From positions 1-64,000 of the IMG/VR virus record IMGVR_UViG_3300031420_000003: DNA of 64,000 nucleotides; one strand, given 5' to 3'. Under the pieces are notes generated by a model. That model searched no databases and was not told the origin of the DNA. It saw only the letters and a list, made by a program, of their open reading frames with translations. A program made the position numbers and the translations under genes. The stretch is from a virus. Positions 29,188 through 38,193 of the stretch are shown here, piece after piece. Each line of letters opens with the position of its first letter. Positions within the stretch are counted from its first letter, which is position 1.

Positions 29188-30801
29188 TTATCGCAACAGT
29201 GCGTTCATGGAACGTGCAATCACATCGTTCACCGGGTTAACTTTAAAACTGCCATCTGTTGCAAACCAGTAGTTCTTCGAACGTAACCATTTGCGGTTTT
29301 CGTCTACGGCTTCTTGCGACATCGGGGCGTTGAACGAACCCGTGTCACCGTCGTAGTCACCGCCTAAACCGGCCAGACGTGTCGGATGCGGAGCCATCGA
29401 TTCCACGAAGGTTTCCACATTCCGGTCTGGGAAGCTCACCGCCCCCTTCTCTTTGACGCTTGTCCAGTCGTCTTCGAGCTCTTTTAGGTAAAGAGATGAG
29501 GTGGTGGTCTCCAATCTTATGGTCGAGGAGTACGTCGAACCACGGCCTGCTACGGGGTAACGTGTGACGAATGAGAAGTAGTCATTCCACAGGTCATACC
29601 CCGACAGATACAGCAGTTCTGCCAGCGAGATGCCTCGAACATTTTTCTTGTCGAAGCCTTCTGGCAAGTCAGTAATGTCGTAGAACACTTTGAAGCGATT
29701 GGCGTCTTGATAGATAAGGGCCACGTAATGGTTTTTATCTATCATCACAGGTTGGTGGCGTAACTCACGCGCTTCCATCCGGTTAATCAACGTCTCGATA
29801 CCGTCATCGGTGGTATAGAGGTCGTAGACGCGTCCTTTGACTTCCAAGAATTCACGACGCAATGTTTTGGTGTTCACCCCGTAGAGGTTGCCGTCACCTG
29901 CCCGGATGTTACTTAAGTAACGTTCGCGGATATTGAACTGTGCCACCGGCAACAGTGCTTTCAGGGTCTGGTACAAACCTACACGGGTGTCAGTTGGCCT
30001 GACCTCGTCCTCACGCCCCATCACCTTCGACCCAGTTGGGAACGATGACAACACGTTACGTGTGCCGTTCATCAACCGACGACGGGTGACCTTCCTGCGT
30101 GCAAATCCGCCTTTCCCATCGAGGATGTTAAAGAAGTACATCCAGATATCGTTGAACGTGCTTTGCAGTTTCCAGCGTAATGGGTCGGTTAATTCGACAC
30201 GCGCATTACGGTCTGGTATCGCACGGGCAAGGGAAATCATTCGGCGGAACAAACCCCCTACATCTTCTTCTTGGTCCCGGCCATCTTCGCGAACCACAAG
30301 GTCACGTAAGCCGGCAGGTAGAACCAGTACATAACGAGACAATGACATGTCACGGAATTTGAAGAAGAAGTCGAGGGTGTCATCACGGCGCAGGGAATCG
30401 TTACGGGCAGGGGTCAACTGTTTGTAATACTTTAAGAAGAAGTTGAAGCCGGTATCGGCGTCTTTGTCACCCGGAAGAGCAGGCTCAAAGTCCTTCTCAG
30501 TTTCTTTCCACACGGCAAAACGGCGACCGGCACAAATGTCCTCGTACAGGGCTTTTAATTTAAACAGCCCTAAACACACGGTAGGAGAGATGATGTCCAG
30601 TTTGATATCGATGTACGAAAACGTGGCGTCACGTTCCTCGCTACCGACGAGGCCAAAAATATCGGTGGAGTAGAGTCCTTCTGGGTGGAAGTTTTTCGTC
30701 ATCCCCTGATACGTGTCTGTGGTTGTAACCGGCTTAAGGTTAGACACGAGTCCGCTGTTGACGTTCAACAAATAGAAGTCAACCCAGTTTAGCTTTTTCA
30801 C
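29188..30801 (-). CDS. rpoC: Virion RNA polymerase beta-prime subunit, catalytic part (phiKZ gp180-like)
   Basis: GLYSTDIFG, VLPAGLR, GKGGFARR and the catalytic DYDGD. Confidence 0.9.
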   Translation of the reverse strand: MKKLNWVDFYLLNVNSGLVSNLKPVTTTDTYQGMTKNFHPEGLYSTDIFGLVGSEERDATFSYIDIKLDIISPTVCLGLFKLKALYEDICAGRRFAVWKETEKDFEPALPGDKDADTGFNFFLKYYKQLTPARNDSLRRDDTLDFFFKFRDMSLSRYVLVLPAGLRDLVVREDGRDQEEDVGGLFRRMISLARAIPDRNARVELTDPLRWKLQSTFNDIWMYFFNILDGKGGFARRKVTRRRLMNGTRNVLSSFPTGSKVMGREDEVRPTDTRVGLYQTLKALLPVAQFNIRERYLSNIRAGDGNLYGVNTKTLRREFLEVKGRVYDLYTTDDGIETLINRMEARELRHQPVMIDKNHYVALIYQDANRFKVFYDITDLPEGFDKKNVRGISLAELLYLSGYDLWNDYFSFVTRYPVAGRGSTYSSTIRLETTTSSLYLKELEDDWTSVKEKGAVSFPDRNVETFVESMAPHPTRLAGLGGDYDGDTGSFNAPMSQEAVDENRKWLRSKNYWFATDGSFKVNPVNDVIARSMNALLR

Positions 30802-30833
30802 GTTGCAAGCTCCCGAATTGGAAATAAATTATC

Positions 30834-33800
30834 ATGGCTAAAAAAGGCGATTTCGACGATCTTGATCTCGACAACATGGATTGGGATGACTTCGGTGAGC
30901 CACCGCGCCAGAAGGACACGAAACGCAATCCGGTGTTGAATACACTTAACACTGTGCGTAAATCGGCACTGGCGGCCGTGTGGCCAAAAGGTAAGCGTGA
31001 TCAGGTGATCATGAAGGGTATGCCAAAGCCCGCGGCTGATGCTTACAAAGGCTATCAGGATGTGTCGGCAGCGGCAAAGGACATTGCTGCTCATACCAAA
31101 GAGGAGGTCGTCAAGACCAACCGCGTTATCAAGCAGCAGGTGCGTCAGCTCACCCCGACAATGCGCCGCTACTTGCCCGACAGCCTCACCCGCAAAATGG
31201 AACGTTGGTCAAAAACGGATGACCAGCAGTACAACAACTACGACCCACGTCAGGCACAGATGGACCGTGAACTGGGCGGGGTGTTTGGTGGCGGTGAAGG
31301 CGATTATAAAGACGCCGTCCGTGACCAAGCCGATGCGCGTGAGCAAGCGGTTGAAGACCGGGTTCGTGATTCGATTCGTGAGATGAAGTCCGATGCGATG
31401 TTTGGCGTGGTCAACACCATTGCCAAAGACATCCACTTGCAGACCTCGCTGCAAAAAGGGGTGATGCTCAACATCTCCCGTAAGCAGTTGGAATTGCAGT
31501 ACCGAATTTTGTTTGCCTTAGAAGATGCGAACAAACTCAACCAGACCCAGTTCGACCGTAACACGCCAGCCTTAGAAGCGATTGTCAAGAACACCGCACT
31601 GCCTGATTACGCCAAAGAAGAGTTCTCCGAGATTCACTGGGCGAACATCAAGCGTAAAGCGGCAGACTGGATGAACCCGCTGAAATACGCTGATGGGTTT
31701 GTTGACCAGATTCGCAACAATGCCAAGAAGAAAATCTCCGAAGGGTTCGGCGATGCGCGTGGTATGCTCGAAATGCTCATGGGAAGCGCCATAGAGGACG
31801 ATTTCGACCTCGATGATAGTTCTTCCTTATCTGCAGACAAACGTCGTCAGAATGGCACACAGAAGGCTGTAGGGTGGTTGTCGTCTCAAGCCGCTAAACG
31901 CCTGCTGGGTCCGCAGATTGAAAAGCTGCAAAAGCACACCCGTGAAAAGCTCGAGATGAACCCCGAGTTCATGAAACATGCCCAACGTGGCAAGTACATG
32001 TTCGGTAACCTCTCCTCGATGTCTAACTCCGCGATTGCCGGGGAAGATATGGGCGCGGCGGGCAGCATCTTCCGTGCACTGCACATGCTGGGGATTATCA
32101 ACCCACTGCAACGTGAACAGGGGATGCTGGATGAACGCGAGCCGGGGATGTTGTCCCGGGCGTCCAAGTTCGACCACCGGACGTGGCTGTCGATTAATGA
32201 AATCATTCCTGCGTGGCTGAGTGAAATCAACAAATCGATTCGTCGCGGTTACGGCGAACACGCCGACATGGAATACGACATCACCAGTCGTGGCTTCGTT
32301 GACCGCAAGGTCATCGGTAACCGTGTGCGTAAATCCGTCGCCAACGATGAAGAGCGTAAACGTCTGCAAGGCAGTATCGGCTCGACGGTGGACTACCTTG
32401 ACCACAACAAGAGCCTGACACAGCGTGACCGTCAGAAGCTGGCCGACTTCATCGAAGAACGTGCCTCAACGGGCAAAGCGTTTGACGTGAATGCACTGGC
32501 CCGTGACCCACAGGCCCTGCAGCGCTACATGGGCTTTGAAGGGGCGGACAGAATCCAGCAACTGTTGAGTTCCCATCCGGGTCAAGGTGTCGGTGGCGGT
32601 TACGAGTTATCTAACGAACTGGCCAACCGCATGGCGATCATTCAGTCGTCTATCAGTCGTCGTCAATCCCGTATTGATGCTGCTGCGGGGCTGTACGGGG
32701 AACGTGCCCTGCGTGATGCCGGTATCTTCCACTACGACAACAAGAATGATGTCTTCCACGTTGACCGTGACCTGAGTGACCCGCATACATTGTTCAATGA
32801 CTTGGCCATGGGGAAAACCCGTAGCGGACGTGCGTTGACCCGTGAGCAGGAAATTCAGCGTAAGTTACAAAACGGTTCAGCCCTCGGTGACTTACTCCGT
32901 CGTCGTGGCATGGGCAGTGAAGGGTCGAAGGAAGAGGAGCGTCGTCGGGGTGCCGGTTTCGGTGGTGGCATGCGGGGTGGCTTGTCTGCCCTGGCCCTCT
33001 CCAACGTGCTGTACGGTGACAAACCGACAACCTTCCCTGAACTCTTCGAAGGTATGCGTTCCACACTGGGCTCGGGTAGTACCTCGTCTAACGAAGACCT
33101 CGTTCGGGCAATTCGTGAAAACAACCAGAGTGAACTGCTGGGCAAAATCTTAGACCACGTCCGTGACATGAATGAGGAAGGGGTGTTTATCCTGAACTCA
33201 CTCAACATGGGGGGCGATGATTTGCACGGCCCAAGTCCGGGTCCCGCTGGCCCGGGCGGAGGTGGTGGTTCTGGTGGCGGCTTGTTCCGTCGTTGGGGCC
33301 GTCTGGGTCGTGACACCGCGGCCGGCGGTTGGCGTCAAGCCCGCCGTGGCTTTAACGGTGCGCGTGCGCGGGGTGGTCGTGTTGCGTCTTGGCTACGCGG
33401 TAAGTTTGCCTCAGGTGGTGCTGCAGGGACAAGCATGTTCCAACGTGTGCTCGGCATGGGCGGTAATGCGCTCTCGGGTGTGCGTTCATTCGGCAAAGGG
33501 TTGCTGGGTGCCCGTGACATTTACAACAGCCAAGGCAGAGTCGTCCTAAACGGTAAACGCTTAGCGGCAGGTGACTACTACCAGATGGGTAGCGGTCAGG
33601 GCAGTCAGATGAAGCAGCTCTTCTCCCTTGGCGATATTCGCATGGGGCGGGACATCATCGATGCGGCGGGGAATGTGATTCTCTCGGCAGCAGACTTAGC
33701 CCAAGGTGGCGAGCTGACATTCTACACCGGCTCAAACTGGAAGAAGCTCTTTGATGTTATCGGCAATAAAGCCGGCGAAGCAGGGCGAGGCATTCTGTCT

Positions 33801-36800
33801 CTGCCCGGTCGTCTGGCGAGTAAAATCCAGAACCCACTTCGCACAGTGAAAGACTGGTTTACACAAGCGCCGGATGTCTACGTCAAAGGTGAGCCGAATC
33901 CCCGCCTCTTTGCGAACCGCATGCGTGAAGGTGAGTACCGCCTGAAAGAGGGTGGTCGCATCATCTATAAGGTCAGTGAGATTACGGGCCCCGTGGTGGA
34001 CAAGCAGGGTAATGATGTTATTACCGCGGCTGAACTCGCTAACCCGAACTTCAAACTGGTTGACCGCTTTGGCCGTTCTGTCAAGTCCCCACTGGGTCGT
34101 ATCGTGGGTCGGGTGATGGGGATCGGCAAGTTCGCTTGGAACACCGCAGCCCGCGTCCCGTCTATGGTTAGAGGGGGGATCGACCGTATCAAGGGAATGA
34201 TTAACGACAACCCCTTAACCCGTTGGTGGGGTAACCGTGGCTCGTCCTCCGACAGCAAATGGTTCTCTGGCAACAGCTTCTTTGGGGGTCTTGGCGGAAC
34301 GAAGAAAACCAACCACATCTTACTGCGCATCTATAAGCTCTTAAACCAGCGTTTGGCAGGTGAGCCGGAAGACGAAAGTTGGACGGACAAGATGGATGAG
34401 CAGGTCGGGGGCGGGAAGACCTTTGGCCGGGTGAAAGGTGGACTGTCACGTGCCTTCCGTCGGGGCCGGGTTATGGGCCGTCGTCGTTGGGGTCGTCAGT
34501 TCGGGAATCTGCGTAACCGTATCAGTGGTTGGTTCGGACGGGGTCGCGGTGCGGCCTCTGACATTTACGGTCGGGGTGCGGGTGTCGCCCGTGACTTGGC
34601 AAACCGGTACACGGGTGCGGAACACGACATCGGCTTACGTTATCTGGTTGAGCAACGCTTGGCCGGACGTGATGATGAGTCTGCAGACTTTTATCGTGAC
34701 CGTCTGCACCGTCGTAAAGGCCTGAACGGGAACCGTCTGCGTTCAGACTTGAATGATGCGGCTGAGGAAGCAACCGATGCAGCAGGTCGTGCCATTAACA
34801 CCGGCAAAAAGAAAGTCCAGAGTGTCGGACAAGCCATGCTCGAGAAACTCAACCGCATGGTTGGGCTGCAAGAGATTACGTGGTTTGAGAAGATGCGTTC
34901 TTCAACGTTGGAAGCCGGCGGGTCAGAAGGCTTTATCCGTGGCATGATGAACAAGTTCACCCGACGTAACAAGTTTGGTGAAGCAACCGAGAAGAAAGAC
35001 TACCTCAACTTCTTCCGTCGTAAACAATCGCATCGCGACAGCGAAGGCGGTCACGGCGGATCGAGTGCAGGTGGGGCACGTGGTGGGGTGATGGGTATCC
35101 TTGACAAACTGACCGGTGTTATCGGTGGGATTGGCGGGGTGCTGAGCACACTTGGCAGTGCGTTGGGCTTTGTCGGTAAATGGGGCCTCCTGAAGCCCGG
35201 TAAGCTCTTGGGACGTGGCGCGTGGGCATTGGCTTCCCGCGCACTGCCATGGGCAGCACGGGCCATTGCAGGGCCGTTAATCACGGGTGCGGCCGCATTG
35301 GTCTCGGCGGTCGGTTGGCCGGCTATCGTTGTCGGAGCAGCCATTGCCGGTGTCGGCTACGCGGCGTATAAAATCGCCACTAACGTTCCGGCGAAATACC
35401 TTGACCGGATGCGACTGGCGCAGTACGGCTTCCGTGACTACGAAAGCTGGAACAGTGATGACGGCGCAAAAGCGAGATACTTGGAAGACCAGCTGAAAGG
35501 GTACATCTCCTACAACAATGACGGGTCGGCCACCCTGCGTGGTCTGTCAGCCAGCGATGTAGAGAAACTTGCAGCCGGCTTTGGTATCGACAAGGATGAG
35601 AAATCCGAACTCGTCTCCTTCCACGCGTTTATGCTACAGCGCTTTATCCCACTTTACCTGCGTTGGATGACTTCTATCCGTCAGCTGGAAAGTGATGTTG
35701 CCTTGAAAGACCTCGGGGATGTGACCAAGGTCAGCAAAGAAGACATGAAGACGCTGTTTGGCAAGAACAAGTTGAGCAAGGACTCGCAATACCTGAAAGC
35801 CATCGAAGACCCGCGTAAAACCAACCAAGGTTTCTTCTCCAAGGCTTGGGATACGATTACCTTCACCTCACCAGACTTACTCGGTGCGGACGATGTGATG
35901 GATGTGCAGAACGAAGTGGAGAAATCCATTAAGTTCCGTGCAGAAGGGGCAGCCGCGGTGCGCAACCACATGGCACCACCGGCCGCTGCTGAGGGCACGA
36001 AAGTCTCAGGTGTGGCGGAATCGGTTAACCGACTGGCCACCTTTGACCAAGACCGTCGTGACCACACCATCAAGAAAGAAGGTTGGGAAGATGGCAACGA
36101 GCAGGTTACGGTTCAGGTGGACTATAACTCTGTTGTCCAGCAGAAAGATGTCGATGCGCTGCAATCGCTGCGTATGAAAGCGTACGGTTTAACCACTCTC
36201 AATCCGGCACAGGTGAAATCCCTGTTACTGATGGAGCGGTTGGTCTACCCGAGCATCGATGTCAAGAACAACACGTACAAAGGGAAATGGCAGGAAGCAA
36301 TCGACGCGTTAGTACCGGGGGGTTCTTCCTCTGAGAAAGCTGACCGGTTGAAATACTGGTTCTACAACCGTTTCCTTCCGGTCTTCATGACCTACGTGGT
36401 TGGGGTGTATCGCTATCAGCCGACAGCGAACCCACTGGACTTGAAACTCTCGGGCGGTTACCTCTACGAAGTCGGTTTGATGACTTCACGGGCGTACTCC
36501 ATGAAGAATGACATTCGCCAATCTGTCTGGGACATTGCCATCAACCCGTTTGGGGGCGATGCCAATACCATTGCAACCTCGGTGAACGCCGAACTGGAAT
36601 CCCTGCACGTCCTTTCGAAAGAAGCGGACTTGGCGGTGCGAAACCTGATGCGTGAAAGCGAGAAGAAGCAAGGTCGGTCTCAGTGGAAGCAGAAGGAACT
36701 GACCAAGGGCCTCTACTCAGGCGACGGCATGAGCGACAACGGTGTGAGTTCTTACGCACCGGGGTCACCAGAGGCCATGCGTGCTGCGGGCTTAAACGGT

Positions 36801-38144
36801 CGCAGTGGCTACGATGGCGCAGGCGGGGGTTGGAACGGCAGCAGTGAGATTGCCGCTGCAGGCGGCATTGCAAACTACGCCGCCTTGACCACCGGTAGCA
36901 CCAACGTCTCCTTGGGTCAGATGGGCGATGGCAACTACAAAGAGTTGGCAGAGAAATACCCACGGGCGTCACTGAACAACGTGGCCAACGTGAAAGCGAT
37001 GATTGTGGATGTGGCACAGCGCTTAGGCGTGCCACCGGGTGTAGCACTGGGGATGGCGTACGCGGAATCCAAGTTCAACTACAAAGCATGGAACAAAGAC
37101 TCAGGAGCCGGTGGACTGTTCCAGTTCATCAAATCCACGTGGTCTGGTCGCGGTGGTAAACCGGGTGAATTGCAGAACTACGGCAACAAGTTTGGGATTC
37201 CGAATGGAAGTACCCAGCTCGACCCGTATGCGAATGCGTTACTCGGTGTTAACTTCATCCGTAACAACATCTCCCAAGCCCAGAAAGATTACGGCGGTCA
37301 AGTCCCTCCGGGCGTGGCCTACCTGTATCACTTCTTGGGGGCAGGCGATGCGGCCAAGTTCATGAAAGCCTACAAGCAGAACCCGAATGCACCGGCCAAC
37401 TCTATCCGCTATTCCAGCAGCGGTGTGATTGGTAACAACATGTCGGTCTTTACCTCCGGCGGGCGTATTCGAAGCTTTGCACAGGTGATGCAAGAGTTGA
37501 ACGGGCGTATGGGTTCACAGGTGGCGAACATTGCGACCTCGAACTCCGACTTGGCGAAACAAGCCATGTCCGGCCAGACACCGACTGACCCAGCCCGGGC
37601 AGCCGGTGCGCCAGCGGCGAATGATGCTGACGGCGCTGTACAATCAGCAGACCGCAAAGACACGGCACTCGCGCAGAAAGGGGCACAAGCAGCGAACGAT
37701 GCGGCAACGCAAAGTGCGTCTGTAACGGCACCGAACCCTGCAGGCGTATCAGCAGCGAACTCGCCGTCTGATGTTGCCAAGGATGTCGATAATGTCCAAG
37801 CGGCTGCGGAGGCAGATGGCATGTCTCCAGCGGATGCAGCCAAGGTCGGGGCAGGCTATGCCAATCAGGCAGCAGCACAAACCCGTCCACGTAAAGCGGC
37901 GAATGACATGCCAGCGTCAGCCGGTGATCTTGTCACCGTCAGCCGGATGGACGAACTCATTGATATCGAGGGGCAGAGTCGCGACTACCTCAAGAATATC
38001 TGGGAGTATCTCCAGAAGGGCGGGACGCTGGGTAATGTCGCGCAAGCGGCACAAGCAGCATCAACAGCACCCGGCGCTGCCAGTCGTAAGACACAAACCA
38101 CAGCACCGGCACCAACGCTTAACCTGAACCGGAAAGCGTCGTAG
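30834..38144 (+). CDS. Tape measure protein with a C-terminal lytic transglycosylase (phiKZ gp181-like)
   Basis: 2436 aa; SLT motif AESKFN...GAGGLFQFIKSTW...DPYANA; central hydrophobic helices. Confidence 0.85.
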   Translation: MAKKGDFDDLDLDNMDWDDFGEPPRQKDTKRNPVLNTLNTVRKSALAAVWPKGKRDQVIMKGMPKPAADAYKGYQDVSAAAKDIAAHTKEEVVKTNRVIKQQVRQLTPTMRRYLPDSLTRKMERWSKTDDQQYNNYDPRQAQMDRELGGVFGGGEGDYKDAVRDQADAREQAVEDRVRDSIREMKSDAMFGVVNTIAKDIHLQTSLQKGVMLNISRKQLELQYRILFALEDANKLNQTQFDRNTPALEAIVKNTALPDYAKEEFSEIHWANIKRKAADWMNPLKYADGFVDQIRNNAKKKISEGFGDARGMLEMLMGSAIEDDFDLDDSSSLSADKRRQNGTQKAVGWLSSQAAKRLLGPQIEKLQKHTREKLEMNPEFMKHAQRGKYMFGNLSSMSNSAIAGEDMGAAGSIFRALHMLGIINPLQREQGMLDEREPGMLSRASKFDHRTWLSINEIIPAWLSEINKSIRRGYGEHADMEYDITSRGFVDRKVIGNRVRKSVANDEERKRLQGSIGSTVDYLDHNKSLTQRDRQKLADFIEERASTGKAFDVNALARDPQALQRYMGFEGADRIQQLLSSHPGQGVGGGYELSNELANRMAIIQSSISRRQSRIDAAAGLYGERALRDAGIFHYDNKNDVFHVDRDLSDPHTLFNDLAMGKTRSGRALTREQEIQRKLQNGSALGDLLRRRGMGSEGSKEEERRRGAGFGGGMRGGLSALALSNVLYGDKPTTFPELFEGMRSTLGSGSTSSNEDLVRAIRENNQSELLGKILDHVRDMNEEGVFILNSLNMGGDDLHGPSPGPAGPGGGGGSGGGLFRRWGRLGRDTAAGGWRQARRGFNGARARGGRVASWLRGKFASGGAAGTSMFQRVLGMGGNALSGVRSFGKGLLGARDIYNSQGRVVLNGKRLAAGDYYQMGSGQGSQMKQLFSLGDIRMGRDIIDAAGNVILSAADLAQGGELTFYTGSNWKKLFDVIGNKAGEAGRGILSLPGRLASKIQNPLRTVKDWFTQAPDVYVKGEPNPRLFANRMREGEYRLKEGGRIIYKVSEITGPVVDKQGNDVITAAELANPNFKLVDRFGRSVKSPLGRIVGRVMGIGKFAWNTAARVPSMVRGGIDRIKGMINDNPLTRWWGNRGSSSDSKWFSGNSFFGGLGGTKKTNHILLRIYKLLNQRLAGEPEDESWTDKMDEQVGGGKTFGRVKGGLSRAFRRGRVMGRRRWGRQFGNLRNRISGWFGRGRGAASDIYGRGAGVARDLANRYTGAEHDIGLRYLVEQRLAGRDDESADFYRDRLHRRKGLNGNRLRSDLNDAAEEATDAAGRAINTGKKKVQSVGQAMLEKLNRMVGLQEITWFEKMRSSTLEAGGSEGFIRGMMNKFTRRNKFGEATEKKDYLNFFRRKQSHRDSEGGHGGSSAGGARGGVMGILDKLTGVIGGIGGVLSTLGSALGFVGKWGLLKPGKLLGRGAWALASRALPWAARAIAGPLITGAAALVSAVGWPAIVVGAAIAGVGYAAYKIATNVPAKYLDRMRLAQYGFRDYESWNSDDGAKARYLEDQLKGYISYNNDGSATLRGLSASDVEKLAAGFGIDKDEKSELVSFHAFMLQRFIPLYLRWMTSIRQLESDVALKDLGDVTKVSKEDMKTLFGKNKLSKDSQYLKAIEDPRKTNQGFFSKAWDTITFTSPDLLGADDVMDVQNEVEKSIKFRAEGAAAVRNHMAPPAAAEGTKVSGVAESVNRLATFDQDRRDHTIKKEGWEDGNEQVTVQVDYNSVVQQKDVDALQSLRMKAYGLTTLNPAQVKSLLLMERLVYPSIDVKNNTYKGKWQEAIDALVPGGSSSEKADRLKYWFYNRFLPVFMTYVVGVYRYQPTANPLDLKLSGGYLYEVGLMTSRAYSMKNDIRQSVWDIAINPFGGDANTIATSVNAELESLHVLSKEADLAVRNLMRESEKKQGRSQWKQKELTKGLYSGDGMSDNGVSSYAPGSPEAMRAAGLNGRSGYDGAGGGWNGSSEIAAAGGIANYAALTTGSTNVSLGQMGDGNYKELAEKYPRASLNNVANVKAMIVDVAQRLGVPPGVALGMAYAESKFNYKAWNKDSGAGGLFQFIKSTWSGRGGKPGELQNYGNKFGIPNGSTQLDPYANALLGVNFIRNNISQAQKDYGGQVPPGVAYLYHFLGAGDAAKFMKAYKQNPNAPANSIRYSSSGVIGNNMSVFTSGGRIRSFAQVMQELNGRMGSQVANIATSNSDLAKQAMSGQTPTDPARAAGAPAANDADGAVQSADRKDTALAQKGAQAANDAATQSASVTAPNPAGVSAANSPSDVAKDVDNVQAAAEADGMSPADAAKVGAGYANQAAAQTRPRKAANDMPASAGDLVTVSRMDELIDIEGQSRDYLKNIWEYLQKGGTLGNVAQAAQAASTAPGAASRKTQTTAPAPTLNLNRKAS

Positions 38145-38193
38145 TTAAACGGGGGCGGGCAACTGCCCCCATTCCTTTCAAGAGAGGTCCACT

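Noticed and set aside
6579-30801. Inteins or introns in terL and the RNAP genes, which occur in some jumbo phages
   Set aside because: The ORFs are continuous, of expected length, and show no LAGLIDADG or C...HN intein signatures
38150-38170. GC hairpin between the tape measure gene and the next gene as a terminator
   Set aside because: The stem is present but the U-tract is weak and both genes appear co-transcribed
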